Below the pieces are notes generated by a model. That model was not told where the DNA came from. It made no database searches and saw only the letters and a list, made by a program, of their open reading frames with translations. DNA of 64,000 nt from a virus: positions 64,001-128,000 of IMG/VR virus record IMGVR_UViG_3300021963_000027. The stretch is one strand, 5' to 3'. A program made the position numbers and the translations under genes. Below, piece by piece: positions 18,335 through 28,949 of this stretch. Position 1 is the first letter of the stretch; every line of letters begins with the position of its first letter.

Positions 18335-19000
18335 TTAGATACTATTGATAAATTTTATGATTTGTTGACGAAGATACGAATCAACATCACGCCTTGGAAG
18401 GGTCTTAATCGTTTGTTCAAAATTTTCATAGACTTCTTCAAAAGAACCGTCTTGCTCAATAACGAATGTTTTACTTTCCAGAATACCATTAACAAATGCT
18501 TTTGGATAAGATGGATCAGCAACAGCATCGATAGCTACCAAGTGCATGTTCTGAACCAAATTATAATCACGATTTTCCATCAATTGTCCCAATGCACGAG
18601 TGGACATACCAACTTTAACGCCATCATTGATAAGCGCACGGAGGATCTGACCAGTAGGTGTTGACAATACTTTTGCTTTACCAACAAAATAATCATTAAC
18701 TTCAGTCAATTCTGTGACCAAATGGCAAGCTCTTTCCAGATTAACATCAGCACTGGTGGGGTGATTCAACTCACCCATCGCTCTACCTGGAAGAACCATC
18801 TCGTTGATATATCTTTGAACTTCAGTTCTTGTATCATCAAGTTTATACATTCTTTTATTTTTATTCACGCTATTGCAACCAATGAATGGTCCTTTAACGT
18901 AAAGATTGGATGTGCTATTTCGATTGGATTGTTCTTCGATAACTTCAAAGTTATCAAACACATCAGGATTCTCTGCGATTAATTTAAGTTTCAACGCCAT
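18335..19000 (-). CDS. gp21: Prohead protease
   Basis: AMGELNHP, VNLERACH, GKAKVLSTPTG, GMSTRALG, DAVADPS. Confidence 0.95.
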   Translation of the reverse strand: MALKLKLIAENPDVFDNFEVIEEQSNRNSTSNLYVKGPFIGCNSVNKNKRMYKLDDTRTEVQRYINEMVLPGRAMGELNHPTSADVNLERACHLVTELTEVNDYFVGKAKVLSTPTGQILRALINDGVKVGMSTRALGQLMENRDYNLVQNMHLVAIDAVADPSYPKAFVNGILESKTFVIEQDGSFEEVYENFEQTIKTLPRRDVDSYLRQQIIKFINSI

Positions 19001-19033
19001 AATATTATTTATGTTTAATGTTTGTAAATTCTA

Positions 19034-19498
19034 TCAATTTAATTCTTTTTCCGTAATAATAATAAAATCCATGCCATGCTTCTTCGCAAATTCTCTAGCA
19101 AACGACCATTTATCACAATTATTCTTCCATGTTACTTGCTCATAAAGCAGGTTAGATTTCTTTTTATTTTTAGTGGCTTTTGGTTCTTGGGTCTGTTTCC
19201 AAGGTTTAACCTCTATAAGATATTTTTTAATTTTATCACCTTCTTTTATTTTTACGTAAGCATCGATAAAATATTTACGATTTTTCTTTTGAACACTGTC
19301 AAAATAAGGAATAGCAACCTCTTCACTATTCCATTCCAGAACATTCGCATTATTATCAGCCCATCGAAATAATTTTAATTCTAAACCAGATCGATAAATT
19401 ATATTATCCAATTTGCCAATATATTTGGAAGGATTTTTGGGAGCATAAAATCCTTGATAAAATTTACTATTACGTTTTGATAAGCCGAGACTGCCCAT
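19034..19498 (-). CDS. gp4: Head completion protein
   Basis: FYQGFYAPKNPSKYIG..IIYRSGLE..WNSEEVAIPY..YFID..LIEVKP. Confidence 0.92.
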   Translation of the reverse strand: MGSLGLSKRNSKFYQGFYAPKNPSKYIGKLDNIIYRSGLELKLFRWADNNANVLEWNSEEVAIPYFDSVQKKNRKYFIDAYVKIKEGDKIKKYLIEVKPWKQTQEPKATKNKKKSNLLYEQVTWKNNCDKWSFAREFAKKHGMDFIIITEKELN

Positions 19499-19878
19499 TA
19501 CACTATATTAATAGGCTCTTCGACAATAACTTCTGGTTCTATTGTCGGTTTAGCAATTAGAGATAAAATCCCATCAATAATTTGAAATTCTCTTGTAGCA
19601 ACTGCAATCGCTGTGACTCCTTCGCTATTTGATCTATTCTTAATTTCATTTAATGCGGCAGCACTATATTCGTGATTAACGAACAATGGCATCAATTGAT
19701 CGTTGTCATATAGCTTTTGTAGAACTGCTGTCAATCTATCGTCAGGTAGACTCCAAAAAACTCGGTGTGAGTCATTAAGAGAATGTATAGCAGCATTGAC
19801 AGCATTCAAGAATGTGGTTGCTGATGCTTCTATACTGGCGATGTCAATATCTATTTGTTGTTTTGTTGTTAAGTTCAT
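19498..19878 (-). CDS. Hypothetical protein (possible fibre chaperone)
   Basis: 126-aa ORF immediately after the fibre-like gene. Confidence 0.5.
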   Translation of the reverse strand: MNLTTKQQIDIDIASIEASATTFLNAVNAAIHSLNDSHRVFWSLPDDRLTAVLQKLYDNDQLMPLFVNHEYSAAALNEIKNRSNSEGVTAIAVATREFQIIDGILSLIAKPTIEPEVIVEEPINIV

Positions 19879-19881
19879 ATC

Positions 19882-22839
19882 TTAAAATCTTAGTGAGTTC
19901 CAATTTGATGGTGCGGCAGAAGTTCCTGTTACTTTATAGTATAGATAATCTATGTGAAGTTGAGAACGAGATGTGTAAGTAAATTTACCGTTCTGTATGC
20001 CAATTTCATTACTTGCTCCTAAAACATATAAGTCAGCCCTTCTAGCCCATGTGCTAACTACTGGATCGGTAGCAATATTATAACTAGCTTGAAATAGAAT
20101 TACATTCTCTCTAACAATTATAATTGTTAGAACAGGTAATGCAGCAGAGCGGTCAAGCTTATAAGTTATATTCACCCATTTATCCAGTAGGTCGATAAAA
20201 TTAACGCCTGTGTCTAAGAAATCAACATTTGCTGATGTAGTTGTAAATGTGTATGGAGATGCAGTAGCGGCTTTATTAACTCCAAGAACTAAATTAGTTG
20301 CGTGTAAGTAGGGGTTAAAAATTAACCCTCCACGTAGAGATTGATCCGCGCCACCTGTCCCCCCTTTCGGTATTATTCCAATCTTGAAGTATCCTTGTGT
20401 CCTGAAATCATTACTACCTACAAATACTCGACAAGTAAATTCATCTATTCTATTTGTTAAATTATACGGTATTGTTGTTCTGTTTATACCAATATAAAAA
20501 GATTGGCTGCTTGCTGTTGGTCCTCTGACAAGAAAAATACCACGGTGAGTGTGAGCATCATTTCCATTGAAAGCAGTAACTCCTGCATTAGTAGTAGTCC
20601 ACACATCGCCAAACACCGCTGGAGACACAGCAAATGTCGTACCACCAGAAGCTGCGGCTAATGTTAGATCAGCATTATATTGATCATCAAAATCTAAAAA
20701 TTGCTCCCATGTGGTTTGAAGAAATGTGGTGTCATCTGTTATTCTTTCATTTCTGCTAGTGTATCTGGCATCAGCTAATCCTTTTGTAATTATATCAGAT
20801 GAAGCGACTGCTAATTGATTTGGTAATCTATTAGCAGTGCCATTACCAACAATATTATTAGAGAATGTCTTCACACCAGCGAGTGTTTGGTCGCCAGTCG
20901 TGTATACTAAATTGTTGGCAAATACACTACCACTAGCACTGATATTTCCTGATACAGTAAATCTTTCGTTAGGGGTAGAGGTATGTACTCCAACATTAGG
21001 AAAAGTTGAATTGACACCACCTACATGCAGTACTTCTATGTTTTGATCGATGTCGTAAAAGGATGCAATATCACCTGTTCCGTTATTACCTACCCACATA
21101 GCTGGCCCACCACCTACATGAACAACACTCAACGCGCTAGTTACAGAGAATATAGTGTTGCTAAAAGTAGTTGTTCCTAAAGCAGTTAGATTACCTTGAA
21201 TCGTAACGTTGTTGTTAAATGTTGTAGAACCTGTTACAGTTCCACCTGATAGTGGAAAAAACTTAGAATTTGTAAAATCTATAGTAGCGTAGGAAGCACT
21301 ATTAGATTGATATATAACACTTGTGTTATAAGCATCATCCCAGTTAGCACTATTAGATCTTACTAAAGTATTAACATAAGTATCATCACTACCGCCTGAA
21401 AATATTGTTAATAGATCTACTCCAGCGGACAAATACTGACCAGTTACATTCAAATCACCATTCATTGTACCGCCATCTTGGTATTGAGTGGCGTTTGTCC
21501 CCCCACCAGAAGCATAAACAGCTACATATTTTCTTAAATCAGTTTTATAATTTTCAAATTTATCGTGAATTTTTTTATTCCAATCCTTTTCGATGGAGTC
21601 CCAATCTTTAACAATTGGCTTCCCTTTTTTGGATTCTAAAATATATTCAACTGGCTTTTCATTTTTGATTTTACGGATCTCAGAAAGCAATCCATTTCTA
21701 CTTTCTTGAATAAGATCTTGAAAATATTTTCTCGCTTCATCTGTAATATCTAGAGTTTCTTCCTTTACTAAGGATAATTTTTCATCAAAATATTGCGTGA
21801 TTTCTTGTTCTGTTTCTGAGATTTTATTATCAAATTTCTCAGAAATCTCTAAAATTCTCTTATCAACATTTCCTACGCGAGAAAGAGCTTTCTGAACGCC
21901 TTTGTTTAGTGAATTATTAAGTTCAATATTGGCATCACGAATTGCATCCAATTCCCTATTAACACCTTCAATTAAAGAAACATCAGCTTTTTCATTCAAT
22001 TTATTGTTGAGATTTTTATCAATTTCTGATACTTTTTCAACAATTTCTTCAGCAATATCTTTTAATTCTTTATCGACTTTTGGGTTGATATTACTTTCAT
22101 ATAATTCTCTGACCAATTTTTTGACAGACTTATCAATCAGCTTGGAAGAATTTTGAAAATTCCCTCTGAGAGATTCATTTAGATTATCAGCAATGTCTTG
22201 AATTTTAAGATCAATGCTTTCACGAATCTCATCAAATTTATAATCATTATCTGAAATTAATTCATTTTTAATTTTTCCAGAAATGATGGTAAATTCGCCT
22301 ACAAGATTTTCTCTTGCCGATTCCAAATATTCCTTGAGAGCTTTTTCTTTTTTCCTACCCTCATTCTTAATATCTTGAATCTTTCTCGCTTTATTATGTT
22401 CTAAAATTTCAAGAGATTTCTTTATAGCATTTCTCTTTACTCTTTTTATTTCTTCGAGAATTTCTTGTTTTTTATCTTCTACAATTTCAGAATTATCGAA
22501 AGTTTCTTCGATGATCTCTCTGATCTCCAAATCTTTATCGTCATCATTCTCGATATTTGATTCAAAGATTTCAACTGGTTCGCTTTCCGAATTAAAATAA
22601 ATTTCTTGTTTTCCTTTCAGAAGTAAGAAAGGATATTGTACTTTTTCGTCTCCTTCTTCTACAAGAATAGATACAATTGGATTCCCGTTTTCTTCGGAAA
22701 TCTTCTCAGCCACATATTTATTTTCGTTTATCTGCACCTCAAAAACACCGAAAAAGACTTCTTGAAAATCTTTAACTTGAAGGATGTTTAGAGGAGAGTT
22801 AGACGAGGTAATTTTCACCTCTTCGCTAAACAGTCTCAT
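19882..22839 (-). CDS. Virion structural protein: N-terminal coiled coil plus C-terminal fibre-like beta domains
   Basis: ~440 aa charged coiled coil, SGGG linker, GGTMNGDLNV and GGTVTGS fibre motifs, TTGDQTLAGVKTF. Confidence 0.65.
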   Translation of the reverse strand: MRLFSEEVKITSSNSPLNILQVKDFQEVFFGVFEVQINENKYVAEKISEENGNPIVSILVEEGDEKVQYPFLLLKGKQEIYFNSESEPVEIFESNIENDDDKDLEIREIIEETFDNSEIVEDKKQEILEEIKRVKRNAIKKSLEILEHNKARKIQDIKNEGRKKEKALKEYLESARENLVGEFTIISGKIKNELISDNDYKFDEIRESIDLKIQDIADNLNESLRGNFQNSSKLIDKSVKKLVRELYESNINPKVDKELKDIAEEIVEKVSEIDKNLNNKLNEKADVSLIEGVNRELDAIRDANIELNNSLNKGVQKALSRVGNVDKRILEISEKFDNKISETEQEITQYFDEKLSLVKEETLDITDEARKYFQDLIQESRNGLLSEIRKIKNEKPVEYILESKKGKPIVKDWDSIEKDWNKKIHDKFENYKTDLRKYVAVYASGGGTNATQYQDGGTMNGDLNVTGQYLSAGVDLLTIFSGGSDDTYVNTLVRSNSANWDDAYNTSVIYQSNSASYATIDFTNSKFFPLSGGTVTGSTTFNNNVTIQGNLTALGTTTFSNTIFSVTSALSVVHVGGGPAMWVGNNGTGDIASFYDIDQNIEVLHVGGVNSTFPNVGVHTSTPNERFTVSGNISASGSVFANNLVYTTGDQTLAGVKTFSNNIVGNGTANRLPNQLAVASSDIITKGLADARYTSRNERITDDTTFLQTTWEQFLDFDDQYNADLTLAAASGGTTFAVSPAVFGDVWTTTNAGVTAFNGNDAHTHRGIFLVRGPTASSQSFYIGINRTTIPYNLTNRIDEFTCRVFVGSNDFRTQGYFKIGIIPKGGTGGADQSLRGGLIFNPYLHATNLVLGVNKAATASPYTFTTTSANVDFLDTGVNFIDLLDKWVNITYKLDRSAALPVLTIIIVRENVILFQASYNIATDPVVSTWARRADLYVLGASNEIGIQNGKFTYTSRSQLHIDYLYYKVTGTSAAPSNWNSLRF

Positions 22840-22863
22840 CTTTTATATTTAGTCAAATGGTTA

Positions 22864-23589
22864 TTATGTCAATGAATTTTTATATTCTTCGAAGGTAATT
22901 GCGAAATATTCCAAATAATCGTTATGATTAAATATGTGTATCGAATTTGATATTTTTTTGATAGTATGGTAGCCGATTATTTTTAATTTACACAGCATTG
23001 GCGATGTCAATTTTGTTCTTTGGATGAAATCACTTTCCGATGTAAAATATAATACATCTTTATTATTTATAATAATTTTAAATGGTTTCGATTTTGGTTC
23101 TACATATGTCTTTGGTTTGTATTCTTTGAGTTTTTTCCCTTTCCTTGGATGAACATAACCATCGCCATATATTTCATCTGCTGTTTTCCCCTTTCTCGGG
23201 TCTTCCCATTCAGAGTTGCTAATCCGTTCTTTCATGGATTTTCCTGTTTGACGGGCAGATATTTCAGGACATTTTTTACCCCTCCTGTAATGACCAGTGT
23301 TACTTAAATTTGCATCGTCACCACCGTCTAATATATTCGTCAAATATCCACTACAATCTATCAACTTACCACATTTCTTTATTATCTGTTTTTCTATTTG
23401 ATATGCTCTATATTCTGGGATATTCTTATAAATTACTATCCTTTTAAATTCTTTGTTTGGAAAAGTTTCCACTAATTCCGTATGTAATTTATTCCTTTTT
23501 ATATGTTGGACTCTTGCATTTGTGCCTATGCCAACATAGAAAGGTTTTTTAGTTATTGGATTGATATCTAAATATACATTAATTAACAT
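22864..23589 (-). mobile_element. Free-standing GIY-YIG-type homing endonuclease
   Basis: VYLD..KPFYVGIG..R..H...EKQIIKKCG..LTNILDGG; own late promoter. Confidence 0.75.
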
Positions 23590-23627
23590 ATATTTATTTA
23601 GTCCAAAGTTAAGGTAATTTAGAAATA

Positions 23628-24815
23628 TTACATGACTAAGAAGGATAGGGGATCGAAATCTCCGTATCCACCTTCGATTAAGAATTGTTCCAATTCTTTT
23701 TTCTCTGCAACACCTTCTGACAAAATGGAATCACCATTGATAGAACCACCACCAGGTAAATTCACACCATTAATTTTAGTGAGAATTCTACCCCACATAA
23801 CTTTGCATAAAGCAGTGGAGTATTCCAATACCCACTTTTCTTTCACCAAATCTTTGAGCGGTTTTTCCACATAACATTCCAACAAACCATAGAATGTGGT
23901 ATTTTTTGGTTGTGGTAACAAACGTAAATATTGTGTTCTAGGGTCGAAATGAATATCTCTTCTCGTGGCAAACATTTTTTCTCTGGTATCGATCCAATCT
24001 TTGACAGTATGCCAAGAAAGAATATCGAAACCATAATTCCCAAGAGAATATGCGTGGTAAGATTGTTGCGCCATGGTTTGTTCCACGGAGAACAATGTGT
24101 TCACACCAGTCGTAGAACCTTCTTCAAATGATATGACATCAACGACTTTTCGATAATCCATGATATCATAATCGAACATATTGTTGTAGGTGCGAACATC
24201 TTCTTTCGGTTCACATTGAACAGTGAAAGGTTTTTGATAAGATTGTTGGAACAACGAACTCAAAGAAGGATTGAATCCGACAAATAAGTCATAGGTAGCT
24301 TTATCAATAATTTGCATTTGTGTAATACCATCGGATGGAACTACAGCACTCAAAGACGACGAAGAAGCAAAATAAGAATTCGGTATGGTTGACAAAGAAA
24401 TATACAACGCATCGGTAATCTTCACTTCATAATCAGGATTAGGTCCGAGTTTCTTATCATTTAATTTTTCCGATGGAGTATATCCAGAATTTGCCACAGT
24501 GAAAAGAGTGTCCAGTCTGATCCCTTTACCACTTTCATATAATCCACTATTAAAAATTATATATTCTTTGGAATATCCAGCGTATTTCGTATAAAAATCC
24601 GTTGCCATCGAAATTGCTTCATAAAGTTGGTCATAATGCAACTCGACATTGATCATTGGATGTCCTAGTAATCTCAAGATTCTTTCTCCCAAACGTTGAT
24701 AACACTCGATCTTTGAATTGAGATTAGTGGACATGAAAGCTGAAATTGGTTCTACTTGACAAAGGCTCATAGAATTATTTAATACGCTAAATAATAATAT
24801 GTCATTTGAATCCAA
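23628..24815 (-). CDS. gp13: Neck protein
   Basis: ILRLLGHPMINVEL..DQL; WVLEYSTALCKVMWGRILTK..GVNLPGG..INGD. Confidence 0.9.
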   Translation of the reverse strand: MDSNDILLFSVLNNSMSLCQVEPISAFMSTNLNSKIECYQRLGERILRLLGHPMINVELHYDQLYEAISMATDFYTKYAGYSKEYIIFNSGLYESGKGIRLDTLFTVANSGYTPSEKLNDKKLGPNPDYEVKITDALYISLSTIPNSYFASSSSLSAVVPSDGITQMQIIDKATYDLFVGFNPSLSSLFQQSYQKPFTVQCEPKEDVRTYNNMFDYDIMDYRKVVDVISFEEGSTTGVNTLFSVEQTMAQQSYHAYSLGNYGFDILSWHTVKDWIDTREKMFATRRDIHFDPRTQYLRLLPQPKNTTFYGLLECYVEKPLKDLVKEKWVLEYSTALCKVMWGRILTKINGVNLPGGGSINGDSILSEGVAEKKELEQFLIEGGYGDFDPLSFLVM

Positions 24816-25095
24816 TAATGGTTCTGTTTATTATCAACTTTCTTGCGGCGTCCCTACTGTTTCAGGGTGGAATGCCAATACTAATAATGGTTCCAAATAT
24901 TATTACCTTTCTTCCAACGATTTCATACTTTGGGGGCAAAGCACCGTTTTCACTCATCCATCGGCTAATAATGGCAGTCAATATTATTTTTATGTGTGTG
25001 ACAAATCGACTGACACTGGGTGGTCTGCTTTATCCAATAACGGAACTAAATTCTATTATAACTCAGCATTCAATCGTGTAAGCTTTTGCGGATAA
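24799..25095 (+). CDS. Small protein with four NNG(S/T)x(Y/F)Y repeats
   Basis: Two copies of NNGSxYY-x3-C-x6-GW-x4-NNGxKxYY; TAAATA 5 nt upstream. Confidence 0.6.
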   Translation: MSFESNNGSVYYQLSCGVPTVSGWNANTNNGSKYYYLSSNDFILWGQSTVFTHPSANNGSQYYFYVCDKSTDTGWSALSNNGTKFYYNSAFNRVSFCG

Positions 25096-25103
25096 ATAAT
25101 ATC

Positions 25104-25778
25104 ATGGATTTATGGATTTTCTTAATGCAAAACGCGCAAACTATTTCAATTGTCATTGGATTGGTAAGCACCTTCTTGGTTTTTTTCAAAAAAATTAAAA
25201 AATTTATTATTAAAAAATATGAACAACATAAAATTTATAATAAATCCAAACATGAAATACCAGAAATTTTACAAGAAATTAAATCGGGAATTGGTAATTT
25301 AGACACTCGAATGAAGAATGTTGAATATGAAATCTCCCCTAATGGTGGTGGTTCAATGAAAGATTCTCTGAAAATTATCAAAGCAGAAATAGAAGCAATG
25401 TTTTGGTTGAATCCGAAACCATCTTTTCGCACTACTTCCAAAGCAATGAACATTCAAGTTAATGAAGCATATTGTCATTTGTGCGCAACATCATCGGAAG
25501 AATTACTTCGTTTGAATTGGAAAAATTTCATAGAAGATGAAAGTCAATTGGACGATTACATGCGTAGATGGGAAGAATCTACTGATGCCTTTTCGCAATT
25601 TTCTGGTAAATTAAAATTCAAAAATTCTCGTGGAGAATCTATGGGCGAATGGCTAGTGAAAGTTCGTCCTCTTGGATCAATAGAAGAAGGAAAAGATTAT
25701 TTGTGGAACGGGTCAATTTATCCGTTCGATCAAAAATCAAAAGAGTGTGCTAGGAATTTTAATATTCCTCTGAATTAA
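25104..25778 (+). CDS. Membrane-anchored (holin-like) protein with C-terminal PAS-like domain
   Basis: N-terminal TM helix plus basic stretch, PNGGGSMKD, then FRTT...VNEAYCHL..SSEELL..NWKNFI..D..Y..W PAS pattern. Confidence 0.6.
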   Translation: MDLWIFLMQNAQTISIVIGLVSTFLVFFKKIKKFIIKKYEQHKIYNKSKHEIPEILQEIKSGIGNLDTRMKNVEYEISPNGGGSMKDSLKIIKAEIEAMFWLNPKPSFRTTSKAMNIQVNEAYCHLCATSSEELLRLNWKNFIEDESQLDDYMRRWEESTDAFSQFSGKLKFKNSRGESMGEWLVKVRPLGSIEEGKDYLWNGSIYPFDQKSKECARNFNIPLN

Positions 25779-27601
25779 ACTGGAGGTGCTTCCTCTACTG
25801 GTGGTGCTTCCTCTGCTGGAGGTGATGCTTCTCCACCGCCCAAATCAGCTTCTTCGCCACCTCCTATAGCGGCTCCTCCACCTCCGAAGTCTGGAGGCAT
25901 ACCACCTCCGCCTCCACCACCGCCACCTAAGTCGCCGCCTTCTCCTCCCGCAGCACCTTCAGCTTGTTGTGCTGCAAGTTCTTTCCAGTTAGGTCCGTTG
26001 GCTTTAATTTGCTCAATTTCGTATAGGAACTCTGCTTCATTTCTCAGGAAATGGCGATTAGCAAGAATGTCTGAATCTTTCCAGTCCAAATATTTTTTCA
26101 TGGCAAAGGTTTTGGAGACAAATTCGCTGTTTGTAATACTGGTAAAGGTGTTAATTTTTAGTTCCAATTTTTGACTTTCTCTCATGTCATAGAAATTCGT
26201 CGGAACATTAAATTCCACTTGAATATTATCTTCGAAAAGATCGTATTCTTCGAACATTTCTTTGAATTTGAGATGAGTGACAAATGCTCTTTTGATACCT
26301 TGAGCAAATCTTTGTTGTTGACGGATGATCATCTTCGCGAATTTGAGTTCTTCACGAAGCATTTCTGTTCCGTCATTATAACCCGTTTCATTGTTAAGAC
26401 GAGAAGTTGGAGTCTTCAGAGAACGATAAAGTTTCTTAATGAACCAATCCAGTGGCTCCATGTTACCATCTGATTGTTGACCACCAAATGTTTCAACAGT
26501 TGTTGCTTCCTGTCCTTGTCTCTTAGCAAACCAGAAAGAATCTAGAGTAGATTGCGGTGCATATTTTTTAACAATATCACTTTGATCCAAATCGAAAGTC
26601 TTGGTAGACCAATATTGGGATTGCAATTTTCTCAGATATGCTTCAGCTTGAGGAACTGGCAATCTACCAACATCAACATTGAAAAGGAAACGAAGAGGGG
26701 CATGAACCATTCTATGGATAACCACAGAATCTTCGATCATCGAAAGCTGTCTATAAGCTCTACGGCAATTCTCAATGAAAGGAATAATAAAATCTTTTGT
26801 TTCATTATATTGTCCGCTATTCACATAAAGAACTTGGTTCTTTTCAAATGGAATATATTCATAGCGTTCGACTTTTTTATTATCGATGCTAGAAAAAATA
26901 GGCTTTTTATAAATGAATGCTTTGACCAACATCGTCTGGATGTTGTCATAAACGGGATCAAATTGATCAGCAGGAAGATTTTTAATAGCAACAACACCTT
27001 GTTTGATATAATCATCTTTCAGAATCAATTCAAAAAAGAGTTCACCTTCAACAAGAAATTGTCGGAAATAATGCCATCCATTGTCATCCAAGTCCAACAT
27101 GGAACAGAATTTAGAAAATTCTTTTTGTAATTCTTCTTTTTTATCTGATTCTAAATCAGCGTTACGGAAATTAAGAGTTACGATTTCTCCATCTTCATCG
27201 ACGTTAATGGTTTCGTCACAAATCTCGTCCAAAGCATCTGCCACTTCAGAGTAAGCAGCAATCATACGGTAGTCTCTAAGACGACCTGGTTTTTCTTCTG
27301 ATGCTTGGGAATACATCAAATCCGTAAAGGATTTGTCTTGGTAAATTGCTGAAAACGCTGTGTTATTCCAGTCGTTATTAAGAGCTACGGAGTTCTTAGC
27401 AATCGCTTCAGGTCTACGTAACCCGATTTTTTGGAAATATTTATATTTCGTATTCTTTGCTTCATCAGGAGTTTGTTGAATAAAATTCCCACGATTCTTC
27501 AAATAGGATTGCATATTCCTATCAAAAGTAGAGCCTTTTCCATCGCTACCTTGATACTGTTTATTTGAAGATGGTGTTGTTGAACTGCCGATACCCGCCA
27601 T
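25775..27601 (-). CDS. gp20: Portal vertex protein
   Basis: EVADALDEICDE, RRAYRQLSMIEDSVVIHR..AP.R.LF.VDVG.LP..AE.YL, ELKFAK; Gly/Pro-rich tail. Confidence 0.96.
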   Translation of the reverse strand: MAGIGSSTTPSSNKQYQGSDGKGSTFDRNMQSYLKNRGNFIQQTPDEAKNTKYKYFQKIGLRRPEAIAKNSVALNNDWNNTAFSAIYQDKSFTDLMYSQASEEKPGRLRDYRMIAAYSEVADALDEICDETINVDEDGEIVTLNFRNADLESDKKEELQKEFSKFCSMLDLDDNGWHYFRQFLVEGELFFELILKDDYIKQGVVAIKNLPADQFDPVYDNIQTMLVKAFIYKKPIFSSIDNKKVERYEYIPFEKNQVLYVNSGQYNETKDFIIPFIENCRRAYRQLSMIEDSVVIHRMVHAPLRFLFNVDVGRLPVPQAEAYLRKLQSQYWSTKTFDLDQSDIVKKYAPQSTLDSFWFAKRQGQEATTVETFGGQQSDGNMEPLDWFIKKLYRSLKTPTSRLNNETGYNDGTEMLREELKFAKMIIRQQQRFAQGIKRAFVTHLKFKEMFEEYDLFEDNIQVEFNVPTNFYDMRESQKLELKINTFTSITNSEFVSKTFAMKKYLDWKDSDILANRHFLRNEAEFLYEIEQIKANGPNWKELAAQQAEGAAGGEGGDLGGGGGGGGGMPPDFGGGGAAIGGGEEADLGGGEASPPAEEAPPVEEAPPV

Positions 27602-27631
27602 ACTTATTATTTAGGGGGATTTGTCAATTAT

Positions 27632-28711
27632 TCAATGAGAACTTATCCATCCTGCATCATTAGCTGTGATAAATACAGCATTTCCATTGAAATTATTAAA
27701 ATAATCAGAACTCAAAGAAATTGTCGCAATATTATCATTCACAACCTCGATCACATTCTCTGGTAACTGGTAAGCAGAAATGGTTGGGAACTTGGCAGTA
27801 TCAATCTCCTTATAAATTAATTCGGGAATATTTCTGTTTGCCGACAGATACCAAGTGTTATTGTAACCAAATCTCTTTCCATAGAATTGGAAATTTCTTT
27901 CGTTCAACTCAGTTACAATCAAAGAATCTCCTTGATGAATACCATTGATGAAATAATTGGTGAATTCGGGATATGCACTGATTGATATACTGTCTGTTTG
28001 AACACCCTCTGCACTGATAGCATCGAAGAGATTGTAATCACAAAATCTAGTGCTGACAGGGAGGGCATGGAAGTCTGCATTCACGACATAGATCGGTGAT
28101 TGAGTCTGGTTATAATCCTTGAACAACCAACCTTTGATCGTGAATGATGTGGATGCAGAAATTCTCCATTTTGTATCAGGTGATAAATCTTTGGGATTTT
28201 CATAGGAAATATCTCCTGACCATTGAATTTCTGAACGAATCTCATCGATAAATGGTAAATTAAATTTCTCAGGAATTTTCCAAGAAACGATAATATATGG
28301 ATTACAATTTACGACGAAATTCTGGATGATCTGATCTAGATCTTCTTTAAAATAACAAATGATGTTCACATCCAGAGTGAGATTTACTGGAATTGGTGTT
28401 GGAATTTTAGCAAGTCTATTGCTAGAATCCAACTGTTTTCTATACAGAAATTGATCTTTATTTGAAATCCTAGAAGGATCACGAGCTAAACTTGTCTGCT
28501 CAATCGTTACTACTGGCAGTGTCAGTGTCTTAGCTCTATCAGAAAGATCATGAAGGACACGGTGTTTAGGTCCGTTTACATACCGAACTTCAATTTTCTC
28601 CTTCGATTGTCTGGTTTTCGCATCGTAACGATACACGAAAGCATCGTCAAATGCTGCAACGAACATATTGAGGAGTTGGGAATTTTCGAAAAAGTAATTA
28701 TAGTCCTTCAC
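27632..28711 (-). CDS. gp15: Tail sheath stabiliser / terminator
   Basis: MFVAAFDD, VRYVNGPK, TLPVVTIE..RDPSR, PIPVNL..DQIIQNF. Confidence 0.85.
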   Translation of the reverse strand: MKDYNYFFENSQLLNMFVAAFDDAFVYRYDAKTRQSKEKIEVRYVNGPKHRVLHDLSDRAKTLTLPVVTIEQTSLARDPSRISNKDQFLYRKQLDSSNRLAKIPTPIPVNLTLDVNIICYFKEDLDQIIQNFVVNCNPYIIVSWKIPEKFNLPFIDEIRSEIQWSGDISYENPKDLSPDTKWRISASTSFTIKGWLFKDYNQTQSPIYVVNADFHALPVSTRFCDYNLFDAISAEGVQTDSISISAYPEFTNYFINGIHQGDSLIVTELNERNFQFYGKRFGYNNTWYLSANRNIPELIYKEIDTAKFPTISAYQLPENVIEVVNDNIATISLSSDYFNNFNGNAVFITANDAGWISSH

Positions 28712-28720
28712 TCATAATAC

Positions 28721-28945
28721 TTAATCAACATCAATGTATTTAGCTTTAATCACATTATCGGCAATATCAGATAAAAGTTCAGATGCATAGATTTGGGGGT
28801 CGTCTGATTGACAAATAATCTCTCCACTGAAACAATTATATTCTTTGAAAAAATCTATTACTTTATCAAAAACGATATTGCGAATTTCTTCGGAATCTTC
28901 ATATTCCACGATAGTATCTGTATATAGGTTGTATTGTTTTCTCAT
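28721..28945 (-). CDS. Hypothetical protein
   Basis: Short ORF in operon context; ATG 28945 chosen. Confidence 0.5.
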   Translation of the reverse strand: MRKQYNLYTDTIVEYEDSEEIRNIVFDKVIDFFKEYNCFSGEIICQSDDPQIYASELLSDIADNVIKAKYIDVD

Positions 28946-28949
28946 ATTA

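Noticed and set aside
25775-25975. GC-rich low-complexity stretch
   Set aside because: It encodes the Gly/Pro/Glu-rich C-terminal tail of the portal protein, not a separate element
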